Origin: Ignavibacteria bacterium
Lineage (GTDB): Bacteria > Bacteroidota > Ignavibacteria > Kapaibacteriales > UBA2268
Direction of reading: 5' to 3'
Assembly (NCBI GenBank): GCA_012518115.1
Contig: JAAYTD010000002.1
Coordinates: 13,710 to 77,709 of the forward strand
Length of the DNA stretch: 64,000 bases
The position numbers and the translations under genes were made by a program. Numbering within the stretch: the first letter of the stretch is position 1; each line of letters starts with the position of its first letter. Below, one piece after another: positions 1-8,510 of this stretch. A model generated the notes under the pieces. It was not told where the DNA came from and searched no databases. It worked only from the letters and a program-made list of their open reading frames with translations.

Positions 1-1
1 T

Positions 2-2833
2 GAACATACTTTTAATGCAGGAGTTATTACAGGCTCAAGTAACTTTACAGATACTGGACTTGGATTAACAGAACAAAAGCAATACGAATTTAATGTACTA
101 CTTCATGATAATTCTGATGTAAGTTTCGCTTTATCTGAATTTAACAAACTGTGGGAAGAAGCTGAAGGCTGTATGATTTTGCCACAAGAAATTGAAAAAG
201 CGAAAGATAACACATATCTTGCTAAAGATATTACTCCGTTCGAATTATATATAAAAATGCTTATTGAGTATTTTGGAGATAGAATTAGCTATGATACTGA
301 GAGTTTTTATGATTTTCCTGAAGGATTTAAAAAAATGGAATATCAGATTGAAGCAGTTGACGAAGGTTATAAAAAATTATTACGGTATGACGGGTTTTTC
401 CTTTCCGATGTGGTTGGACTTGGAAAAACAGTTATTGCTACAATGATAGCTAAGCGCTTCAGTATTGAAAATGGTAGGGATAGAACAAAAATTCTAGTTG
501 TATATCCACCTGCGGTAGAGAAAAACTGGAAAACAACGTTTGACAGATTTGGAATTACTAATGTAAAATTTGTATCAAACGGAAGTCTTGAGAAAGTGCT
601 TGATACTGATAATATTGATTATTGGAATGCTGAAGAATATGATTTGGTTTTGGTTGATGAAAGTCATAAATTTAGAAATCATGAAACAAGGATGTTTAAA
701 CAGCTACAAGATATTTGTAAAAGTCCGCGTATCAACAAAGGAAGTATTGAAGGCTACAAAAAGAAAGTAATATTAATTTCTGCCACACCATTAAACAATT
801 CTCCAGAAGATCTGTATAATCAAATCTTACTATTTCAAGACCCCAGAAGATCAAACTTGGATGGAATTTCTAATTTAACAGCTTTCTTTTCACCAAAAAC
901 AGTTGAGTATAAACGTTTTAAGTCTCAACCTAAATTAAACGTTATAGCGGTGAAAAAATTATATGAAGAAATAAGAAATAAGGTTGTTAAACCGTTAACC
1001 ATTAGACGTACACGTACAGATATAGAAAAAATTGAACGATATAGAAAAGATGTGGGTGATTTTCCAAAAGTAGAAAAACCGCAAAAAATCGACTACCTAT
1101 TGGATGACAGTCAGGCTAAACTTTTTCAAGAAACTATTGATGTTTTAACAGAAAAGTTAACTTATAACAGATACCAAGCTATTGTGGGATTAATTCCTGA
1201 AATTAGAGAGCAGTATTACGAAAAGGCAGAGCTAGTATCAAAATCGTTGGCATACATTATGAAAACCCTTTTAGTCAAACGACTTGAAAGTAGTTTTTAT
1301 GCATTCAAAAACTCTTTAGACCGATTTAGGATTGCTAATGAACGAATGATTGAAATGTTTGAAAACGATAAGGTCTTTATAGCTCCAGATTTAGATATAA
1401 ATAAATTCTATGAAAAAGGATTTTCTGAAGAAGAAATTGAAAAAGAAATAAATAAGGCTCAAGAGGACAATCCTAAAAATGGAGTTTTTAAGTCTGATGA
1501 TTTTGTAAATGACTTTTTACCACAACTAAAAGCAGACCAAGAGCTGTTAAATAATCTTTGTAATAAATGGGAAGAAGTTACGACTGATCCAAAGTTAGAT
1601 AAGTTTCTTGAATTATTAAACAATAAGTTGTTTGACAAACAGTTAAATCCCGGGCAAAAACTTGTTGTCTTTTCAGAATCTACTGATACAATTAACTATC
1701 TCAATGAAAAAATAACAAGAGACGATGTGCTTACTATTTCTGCATCAAACAGAAGTAAAAGTTTTGAAACAATAGAGGAGAATTTTGATGCAAACTATCC
1801 GAAGGAGAAGCAAAAGAATGACTTTAATGTAATTCTTACTACTGATGTACTTGCAGAAGGAGTAAATTTGCATCGTAGTAATATTATCATCAATTATGAT
1901 ACACCTTGGAATTCGACACGATTAATGCAACGCATTGGACGTGTAAACCGAATAGGATCTAAATTTAAAAACATTTACAATTACGTATTTTATCCTTCAG
2001 CAGAAGGAAATTTACAAATAAATTTAATAGGAACATCACTTATTAAAATACAATCGTTCCATACTGCTTTGGGTGGAGACAATCAAATTTACTCACCTGA
2101 TGAAATCATCGACACTAATTTAGATAAATTGTTTGAAGCATCTATTGAAAAAGAAGAAGTCAACAAGGAATTGGAGTACTTGGAAAAACTGAGAGATTTC
2201 AAAAAAGAAAACCCGAAAGAATTTATTAGAATTGAAAAAATGAACTTGAGAAGTAGAACCGGAAGAAAACGACGAGAAGTAAATAACACAGAACTTCATA
2301 AATCTTCTTTAGTATTTTTAAAAACAAACGATAGGAATAATTTTTATTTGGTTGATACAGAAAAAACTCGAGAATTATCGTCCTTAGAAGCAATGGAATT
2401 TTTTGAAGCTAAACCAGAAGAAAAATCTGTGGATAGAATTGAAGAACACCATGAACAAGTAAATAGAGCAAAAGAAAGCTTTAAATCTAAACGCCAAATT
2501 GAGTTTCAAGAAACATCTGCTGTACGCGCGGCAGGAAAACACGTAAGTAGTGCCAGAAATTTAATACGAGAGTTAATTAGACTTATTGATGTTTCAGAAA
2601 CAAAAATCAAGTTAGAGCGACTTTCTAAAATGGTTGAATGGGGAACAATAACAAGCCTTGCTGTAGATTTGAATAGAACAGAGAAAAAATTAATGAAAGA
2701 ACAAATAACTAAGGAAGATTGCTTGTCGTTAGTTATAAATCTTGCTGAAAAATATGAATCTTACTATTTTAATGAAGTCAAAAAAGAAGACATTGTAGAA
2801 CCTATAATTATATTATCAGAATCTTTTAACTAA
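2..2833 (+). CDS. PLD-like nuclease domain / SNF2-family helicase fusion protein (5' end outside window)
   Basis: The reading frame is open from the window edge (phase of nt 2) through the ATG at 173, so that ATG is internal. The visible N-terminal residues VITGSSNFTDTGL fit the GSxN part of the PLD HxK(x)4D(x)6GSxN motif. Helicase motifs follow: GLGKT (I), LVLVDESHKFRN (II, DESH), ILISATPLNN (III), TDVLAEGVNLH and QRIGRVNRIGS (VI). Confidence 0.85.
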   Translation, partial: EHTFNAGVITGSSNFTDTGLGLTEQKQYEFNVLLHDNSDVSFALSEFNKLWEEAEGCMILPQEIEKAKDNTYLAKDITPFELYIKMLIEYFGDRISYDTESFYDFPEGFKKMEYQIEAVDEGYKKLLRYDGFFLSDVVGLGKTVIATMIAKRFSIENGRDRTKILVVYPPAVEKNWKTTFDRFGITNVKFVSNGSLEKVLDTDNIDYWNAEEYDLVLVDESHKFRNHETRMFKQLQDICKSPRINKGSIEGYKKKVILISATPLNNSPEDLYNQILLFQDPRRSNLDGISNLTAFFSPKTVEYKRFKSQPKLNVIAVKKLYEEIRNKVVKPLTIRRTRTDIEKIERYRKDVGDFPKVEKPQKIDYLLDDSQAKLFQETIDVLTEKLTYNRYQAIVGLIPEIREQYYEKAELVSKSLAYIMKTLLVKRLESSFYAFKNSLDRFRIANERMIEMFENDKVFIAPDLDINKFYEKGFSEEEIEKEINKAQEDNPKNGVFKSDDFVNDFLPQLKADQELLNNLCNKWEEVTTDPKLDKFLELLNNKLFDKQLNPGQKLVVFSESTDTINYLNEKITRDDVLTISASNRSKSFETIEENFDANYPKEKQKNDFNVILTTDVLAEGVNLHRSNIIINYDTPWNSTRLMQRIGRVNRIGSKFKNIYNYVFYPSAEGNLQINLIGTSLIKIQSFHTALGGDNQIYSPDEIIDTNLDKLFEASIEKEEVNKELEYLEKLRDFKKENPKEFIRIEKMNLRSRTGRKRREVNNTELHKSSLVFLKTNDRNNFYLVDTEKTRELSSLEAMEFFEAKPEEKSVDRIEEHHEQVNRAKESFKSKRQIEFQETSAVRAAGKHVSSARNLIRELIRLIDVSETKIKLERLSKMVEWGTITSLAVDLNRTEKKLMKEQITKEDCLSLVINLAEKYESYYFNEVKKEDIVEPIIILSESFN

Positions 2834-2847
2834 AAAAACCCTAAATT

Positions 2848-5800
2848 ATGAATTATTTATTCCAACATAAATATACAAGAGATAATTATACAACAATAAT
2901 ACGTGATGTGTTTCCACACTATGAGGAGTTATCAAACCCTGAGCAGATAACTGAAATTAACAATTCTCTAGCGAAAAAAGCATATAAACTTGGAGATATA
3001 AAATTAGCATGTGGAAAAGAAATAGCTGTATATGAAACTGTTTTATCTTCAAATTGTAATTTATCTCGCAACCGAGTGGGCATAAGAAACTTGTTAAGGA
3101 ATTCATGGAAGTTGTACGATGGTGCTTTTATTGCAAGCTATAAACCTGCAGAAAATGAATGGAGATTTTCTTTTTTGAGTGAAACCAAAGGTTTTGATGA
3201 TAAAGCTACTTATGCCAAACATGCTACCCAAGCGAAACGATATACCTATCTTTTTGGAGAAAAACATCCTTGCAGAACAGCAAATGAAAGATTTGAAATC
3301 TTAAAAGCAAGTAATAAAGAACTAAAAGATATAATTGAAGCTTTTTCTGTGGAGACACTTTCCAACGAGTTTTTTCAAAAATACAAAGAAATATATGCTG
3401 ATTTTGTCCAATATATTACCGGAAAAAGATACATCAAAAAAGGCTCAAAATGGGAAGAAAAACTTGTTGGAAAACCTAACAAAAAGTTGTTAGAAGATAC
3501 TTTTAACAATGACGAAAAAGCGGTTAGAGACTATGTAAAAAAAATGATGGGACGGCTTGTGTTTCTACAATTTTTGCAGAAAAAAGGTTGGTTAGATGTT
3601 CCTGTTGACAAAGACTGGGGAGTTGGAAACAAAAATTATCTTCAAGATTTATTTAAAAACAGTAAGCACCAAGATAATTTTCTTGAAAAAGTATTAGAAC
3701 CTCTTTTTTTCAAAGTATTAAACAAAGAAAGAACAAATGATATAGCTACAAATATTCCAGAAACTAACGGCAAATTTCCTTATTTAAATGGTGGTTTATT
3801 TGAAAAAGATATTGATGATGAAAGAGAGGTAGTCTTTCCTAAAAGGTACTTTAAAAATTTGATTGAATTTTTGGGAGAATATAATTTTACCATTGACGAA
3901 AATGACCCTAATGACTTAGAAATAGGTATTGATCCCGAAATGCTAGGAAAAATTTTTGAAAACCTGCTCGAAGATAATAAGGATAAAGGAGCATATTATA
4001 CGCCAAAAGAAATTGTGCAATATATGTGTCAAGAATCTTTGGTTGCTTATTTGTTGGAAAGTAAAGATGACGATAAAAAAATACGCTCGTTTGTTACTAC
4101 TCATAACACTGAAGATTTTACTACAGACGAAAAAAAACACCTTATCCAAAAACTAAAAGATGTAAAAATATGCGACCCAGCTATTGGCTCCGGTGCTTTT
4201 CCGATGGGAATGCTCAATGAACTTTTTGCTTGTAGAACTGCATTAGAAGGCGACACTCCAAATTTGGCTCAAATAAAACGCGAAATAATTCAAAACAATA
4301 TTTACGGTGTAGATATTGAAAAAGGTGCAATTGATATTGCAAGATTGAGATTTTGGCTTGCAATAGTAGTGGATAGCGATGTACCTGAACCACTTCCCAA
4401 CTTTGATTATAAATTTATGCAAGGCAATAGCTTGATAGAAAACTTTGAAGACATAGATTTAAGTAATATTTTCGAAGAACAGTCGGAAGGCAAACAAATG
4501 AAAATGATGTTTGACGAAGAAAACTATGCAATTAAACTCCTGCGAAAAAACTTAGATATCTTTTTTAATGAAACGAATCATTATAAAAAGCAATCAATCA
4601 AGAAAGAACTAAATAATAATGTCAAACAACTTATAAGAGCAAAAACAGATAAAAAAGATGTTCTAAAAAAACTTGAAAATATAGATGTTTCTGCAACTGA
4701 CAAATTTTTCCTTTGGCATACTTGGTTTGCCGATGTGTTTTATCCGGCGTCAAAACAAGGTGGGTTTGATATAGTGATTGGAAATCCGCCGTATGTGGAA
4801 GCGAAAAAATTAAAACATATTGCAAGTACACTTAAAGAGTGTTTTCTAATCTATTCGGGAACAGCCGATTTAAGTATTTACTTTATTGAAAAAGGTTTAG
4901 ACCTTCTGAAAAGAAATGGAGTTTTATGTTATATCACAACAAATAAATTCTTCAACACCATATATGGTGAACCTGTAAGAGAACTGTTGTCTAAGCAAAA
5001 CATTAATCATATAATAAATTTTGAACAGGTTGAAGTTTTTGAAGGAATTTTAGTTTCAAGTGTAATTTTAAATATTCAAAACTGTCATTCTGAAAAAAAC
5101 AATAAGTTTATTTATGAAAAATTTTACAAACTTAAGGCTAAAGAATTTAAAGTAAAGTTTTTGGAGAGGCAAAATTCATTTGGTAGTTATCGGCAAAAGT
5201 ATCTTGATAAAAACGAGTGGTCTTTTGCTGATGTTTCAGAGCTACTTTTGAAAGAAAAAATTGAAAAAAATGCGATTAATTTAAAAAATATTGATGGTGT
5301 GTCTGTGTATCGTGGTGTGACAACTGGTTTCAATCCTGCCTTTATTATTTCAGATAAAAAGAGAGATGAACTTATTGAAAAAGACACTAATAATGCACAA
5401 GTAATAAAAAAATTGTTGCAAGGTAGAAATATTAGAAAATGGTATTATAATGAAAGTGATGAAAATCTAATACTTACAAGAAGAGGAATTAAAATTGCAG
5501 ATTATCCAATTATAGAGAGTTATTTGCGCCAATTCTTTAACAAATTAAAACCTAAAACAAAATCAACTGAGGAAGAGGGCAGAAAGCCTGGTAATTACAA
5601 ATGGTTCGAGATTTTAGATAATACAGCATACTACAAACATTTCGAAAGATCAGAAAAAATTATTTGGGGATTGACAGCTGATAAATGGGCTTTTGCATAT
5701 GATGACAAACAACACTATTTGCCGAGTAATGGTTATATTTTAACATCAGAAAATGTCTCTGTTAAGTATTTATTAGGATTGTTAAACAGCAAGTTGTTAC

Positions 5801-6051
5801 AATATTATTTTGGATTTATTGGAGTTATGACAGCTGGAGGTGCATATACATTAAAAGCAGCAACAATAGAAGCTTTACCTATTATTATATCAAACGAGCA
5901 ACCAATTATTTCTCTTGTTAACAAAATTTTAAATGCCAAACAAGAAAACCCACAAGCTGACACTTCCGAATGGGAAAAAGAAATCGATCAGTTGGTATAT
6001 CAGCTTTATGGACTTACGGATGAAGAAATAAAAGTGATTGAGGAAAAGTAG
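2848..6051 (+). CDS. Large Eco57I/MmeI/PglX-like N6-adenine DNA methyltransferase (type IIG-like architecture) with a C-terminal TaqI-like target-recognition region
   Basis: AdoMet motif I is ICDPAIGSGAFP and catalytic motif IV is IVIGNPPYVEAKK. Family signatures are present: LVFLQFLQKKGW, FPYLNGGLFE, YNFTIDEND, GAYYTPKEIV. The C-terminus ends LYGLTDEEIKVIE. The gene starts 14 nt after the helicase stop, which suggests an operon. I could not assign a clear PD-(D/E)xK nuclease motif in the N-terminus. Confidence 0.85.
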   Translation: MNYLFQHKYTRDNYTTIIRDVFPHYEELSNPEQITEINNSLAKKAYKLGDIKLACGKEIAVYETVLSSNCNLSRNRVGIRNLLRNSWKLYDGAFIASYKPAENEWRFSFLSETKGFDDKATYAKHATQAKRYTYLFGEKHPCRTANERFEILKASNKELKDIIEAFSVETLSNEFFQKYKEIYADFVQYITGKRYIKKGSKWEEKLVGKPNKKLLEDTFNNDEKAVRDYVKKMMGRLVFLQFLQKKGWLDVPVDKDWGVGNKNYLQDLFKNSKHQDNFLEKVLEPLFFKVLNKERTNDIATNIPETNGKFPYLNGGLFEKDIDDEREVVFPKRYFKNLIEFLGEYNFTIDENDPNDLEIGIDPEMLGKIFENLLEDNKDKGAYYTPKEIVQYMCQESLVAYLLESKDDDKKIRSFVTTHNTEDFTTDEKKHLIQKLKDVKICDPAIGSGAFPMGMLNELFACRTALEGDTPNLAQIKREIIQNNIYGVDIEKGAIDIARLRFWLAIVVDSDVPEPLPNFDYKFMQGNSLIENFEDIDLSNIFEEQSEGKQMKMMFDEENYAIKLLRKNLDIFFNETNHYKKQSIKKELNNNVKQLIRAKTDKKDVLKKLENIDVSATDKFFLWHTWFADVFYPASKQGGFDIVIGNPPYVEAKKLKHIASTLKECFLIYSGTADLSIYFIEKGLDLLKRNGVLCYITTNKFFNTIYGEPVRELLSKQNINHIINFEQVEVFEGILVSSVILNIQNCHSEKNNKFIYEKFYKLKAKEFKVKFLERQNSFGSYRQKYLDKNEWSFADVSELLLKEKIEKNAINLKNIDGVSVYRGVTTGFNPAFIISDKKRDELIEKDTNNAQVIKKLLQGRNIRKWYYNESDENLILTRRGIKIADYPIIESYLRQFFNKLKPKTKSTEEEGRKPGNYKWFEILDNTAYYKHFERSEKIIWGLTADKWAFAYDDKQHYLPSNGYILTSENVSVKYLLGLLNSKLLQYYFGFIGVMTAGGAYTLKAATIEALPIIISNEQPIISLVNKILNAKQENPQADTSEWEKEIDQLVYQLYGLTDEEIKVIEEK
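4746..4795. repeat. Left inverted repeat (IR-L) inside the methyltransferase gene, covering the ASKQGGFDIVIGNPPY codons
   Basis: Sequence: ggcgtcaaaacaaggtgggtttgatatagtgattggaaatccgccgtatg. Its reverse complement recurs at 7161-7213. Perfect blocks of 18 bp (ggcgtcaaaacaaggtgg) and 16 bp (ggaaatccgccgtatg) flank a diverged middle. Confidence 0.9.
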
Positions 6052-6147
6052 AGAAATTTCTCTCTAAATTAATAACGAACCTCATATTTGCTTTAACGGC
6101 ATACTTGGGGCTTAAAACTTATTATATTTTATATACTTCAATTGCTT

Positions 6148-7224
6148 TTAACTCTCTGATATTCTAAATTCTATTTCATAATTTTTTATAAATTCTGTTT
6201 CTTCTTGTGTTAGCCCATAAAGAGGACAAATTAAATCATCAATTCTATCAATAATAGACTTTGATTTGCCAATTTTGTATTCTTTGAAGGATGCAACATT
6301 ATAACTGGAATTTCCTGACGAAATTCGCTCATTGACATTTTCTTCAATATCTATCAAATACTCTTCGTATAATTTTGTAATTTCTATAATTTTCTTTGGA
6401 GTAAGTTGTTTAAACGGAATTGTAAATGATTCTATTTCATAATTTTTCCAATTTAGATTGTCTGAAAAAATCTGATAAAACCAGAATGAAAGATTACTGC
6501 TTAACACACAACCTATTACGTTTGCGATATCTTTATCGAAGTAAATTTTTCTTTCAGCAGAAGAACCTGTTGAATAATTAGTAATTACTTTATAATATCG
6601 TCCTCCTGCAAAACGATAATAGATAGGTACACCTTTTTCTCGAATAAAATCTCTAATAGGTTTATGGCGGAAAATTTTTTCAAGGATACTTTTCTCCATC
6701 TCTTCGCTTATTTTAGGTATTCTACCGTATAGTTTCAAGTTTTTTACTTCTGCAAACTTTAAATTTTCAATCAATCTCTGTAAATTAAAGCCCTTACCTT
6801 TTCGATGCATTTTAGTGGAGAAAATTTGTTCGCAAGGTGTAAGCGTTTTGACAAATTGAATAATTGAAGTATTTACAAATGCATTGTCAAAAACAGGTTG
6901 AGGTCTAACTGAGTAGGATGATAAGCGTATTGTGCGGCAATTGCTTTCTAGTAACCTATGAACACCGGTCAGAGCATCGCTTGAAGTTACCGAAATTGGC
7001 ACAATGAAAATAAGATTTCCATTTTTTACAAGCAAATTATAACCCTGTTCAATGAACAGCGTATAAGTATCTATAGAACCTTTTTGTACTCCTCTAATAG
7101 TTTTTGCTGTTTTATAATTTTTGTTATAAAATTTTTTCTCACTTTCATCAAGTTTTGCACCATACGGCGGATTTCCGATTACAATGTCGAAGCCACCACC
7201 TTGTTTTGACGCCCTATTTAACAA
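6148..7224 (-). CDS. Silent alternative 3' cassette of the methyltransferase gene (motif IV plus a different TRD-like C-terminal half), inverted relative to the expressed gene
   Basis: It encodes ASKQGGGFDIVIGNPPYGAKLD..., almost identical to ASKQGGFDIVIGNPPYVEAKK of the 2848-6051 gene, then diverges and ends in the same LYGLTxEE motif. It has no motif I or N-terminal domains. The track start is TTG and there is no ATG in the first 138 codons. The frame opens two codons after the recombinase stop. Confidence 0.8.
   Translation of the reverse strand: MLNRASKQGGGFDIVIGNPPYGAKLDESEKKFYNKNYKTAKTIRGVQKGSIDTYTLFIEQGYNLLVKNGNLIFIVPISVTSSDALTGVHRLLESNCRTIRLSSYSVRPQPVFDNAFVNTSIIQFVKTLTPCEQIFSTKMHRKGKGFNLQRLIENLKFAEVKNLKLYGRIPKISEEMEKSILEKIFRHKPIRDFIREKGVPIYYRFAGGRYYKVITNYSTGSSAERKIYFDKDIANVIGCVLSSNLSFWFYQIFSDNLNWKNYEIESFTIPFKQLTPKKIIEITKLYEEYLIDIEENVNERISSGNSSYNVASFKEYKIGKSKSIIDRIDDLICPLYGLTQEETEFIKNYEIEFRISES
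7161..7213. repeat. Right inverted repeat (IR-R) at the 5' end of the silent cassette
   Basis: The reverse complement reads ggcgtcaaaacaaggtggtggcttcgacattgtaatcggaaatccgccgtatg. It matches IR-L except for one extra GGT codon and six synonymous-type substitutions. Confidence 0.9.
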
Positions 7225-7230
7225 TTTCTT

Positions 7231-7884
7231 TTATAAAAATATTTTATTTTCAACCCAAGACTTTCGTTTGCAATTTGTTGGATAAAATAAATCCGTATAA
7301 ACTAAATATCGATAAAGTGTTGAAATTGACACTTTCAAGGTTTTTGCAATTTTTTGTTTAGGCACTTCTTTTTCCAACTGCTTAACAATCCAGTTATGTT
7401 TTAGAGCACATTTAGAATTTAATCTACAACGTACACCCTTTGTACGTCCCAAAAGCACACCCTCTGCTTTCTTTCTCGCCAACGCTTCTTTTGTTCTTTG
7501 GCTTATTAAATTTCGTTCAATTTCGGCACTCAATCCAAATGCAAATGCAAGCACCTTGCTTTGTATGTCGTCGCCAAGTCGGTAGTTATCCTTTATAGTC
7601 CAAACCCTACATTCCTTGTTCATACAGATATTTAAAATTTCCATAATCATAAACAAGTTTCTTCCAAGTCTGGAAAGTTCAGCACAAATAATTAAATCAT
7701 CTTTTTTTACTTTTTTAAGTAATTTGCCAAGTTCTCGCTTGTCGTAAGATTTTGTACCGCTTATAGTTTCTTCTATCCAACCGTCAATAATTAAATTTTT
7801 CTTTTCACAAAAATTATTGATTTCAAATCGTTGGTTTTCAACCGTCTGTTTATCGCTACTTACGCGAATGTATCCATAAATCAT
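7231..7884 (-). CDS. Small serine recombinase (resolvase/invertase family)
   Basis: The N-terminus MIYGYIRVSSDKQ carries the catalytic Ser motif. LSRLGRN and the SxxxERxLIxxRTKEAL E-helix region are present. The C-terminal HTH is IAKTLKVSISTLYRYL. The 217-aa size is typical of Hin/Gin/resolvase-type enzymes. Confidence 0.9.
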   Translation of the reverse strand: MIYGYIRVSSDKQTVENQRFEINNFCEKKNLIIDGWIEETISGTKSYDKRELGKLLKKVKKDDLIICAELSRLGRNLFMIMEILNICMNKECRVWTIKDNYRLGDDIQSKVLAFAFGLSAEIERNLISQRTKEALARKKAEGVLLGRTKGVRCRLNSKCALKHNWIVKQLEKEVPKQKIAKTLKVSISTLYRYLVYTDLFYPTNCKRKSWVENKIFL

Positions 7885-7974
7885 AATCGTTTTTGTTATA
7901 GAGTAATGAAAAAGAATACAAAATTGGCAAATCTAAAGCCATAATCAAACACTTTAACGATTTAATTTGTTAAT

Positions 7975-8450
7975 CTAATCACATAAATCACACTTCTGAC
8001 AAAAAAAATATTATGTCACCCCTACGGGGTTTATTTGTTGGTGTGCATTATTTTTTCTATAATAATGTCACCCCTACGGGGTTTGTTGTTAAATTCTCCT
8101 CTTTGAGAGGAGTACCCGCGCCAGCGGGGGAGGTGTGGTAATAGACTACCCCGTCAAGCTGACGCTTGCCACCCCTTCGTCCCGAAGGGGAATTTGCTCC
8201 CAGCGAAGAGTAGAAAATTCTCCTCTAGCTTCCGTCTTCTTTGCGTCCTTCGCGTAAGTCTTTGTGTTCTTTGCGGTTAAAAAATCTGTCTTCCAACTTC
8301 CGACTTCTGTCTTCCGTCTCCAAATGACCACCCCGTCAAGCTTCGCCTGCCACTCCTTCGCAGAGGGGAATTTGCAGCCCGACATTCAGAAAAGTTGTAT
8401 TTTAAAAATCTTGCTAATCCTTTAATCCTATTAATCCTAGTTCAGACAAT
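7975..8450. repeat. Intergenic mosaic of hairpin repeat modules (locus A)
   Basis: It contains a 20-bp direct repeat atgtcacccctacggggttt at 8014-8033 and 8066-8085. Module U1 is at 8093-8139 (aattctcctctttgagaggagtacccgcgccagcgggggaggtgtgg). Module U2 is at 8145-8198 and 8327-8376 (gac[tc]accccgtcaagc...gcc...ccttcg...ggggaatttgc). It also carries the accgcaaagaacacaaaga module (reverse) and the gttcagacaa module. The same modules recur at loci B-F. Confidence 0.8.
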
Positions 8451-8510
8451 AAAAAAAACAGATTTTTTTATCTAAAATCCGCTTTTTTCTATTCTTATTT
8501 TCTTAAAAAA

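Noticed and set aside
173-175. The ATG at 173 as the start of the helicase gene (as in the ORF track).
   Set aside because: The same frame is open back to the window edge and encodes a PLD-like GSSNFT segment. The ATG is internal, and the gene is truncated by the window.
6050-6065. The 14-bp perfect palindrome agagaaatttctct between the two convergent methyltransferase halves, considered as a recombination site.
   Set aside because: It is a single copy with no partner and sits directly at the stop codon of the expressed gene. A short terminator or chance palindrome in AT-rich DNA is the more likely explanation.
8146-8385. A 79-aa ORF, and the similar ORFs 42672-42893, 51055-51282 and 55852-56037.
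   Set aside because: They lie entirely within the intergenic hairpin-repeat mosaics, and their 'protein' similarity (WQAK.DGVV) simply reflects translated repeat module U2. There are no start-context or domain features.
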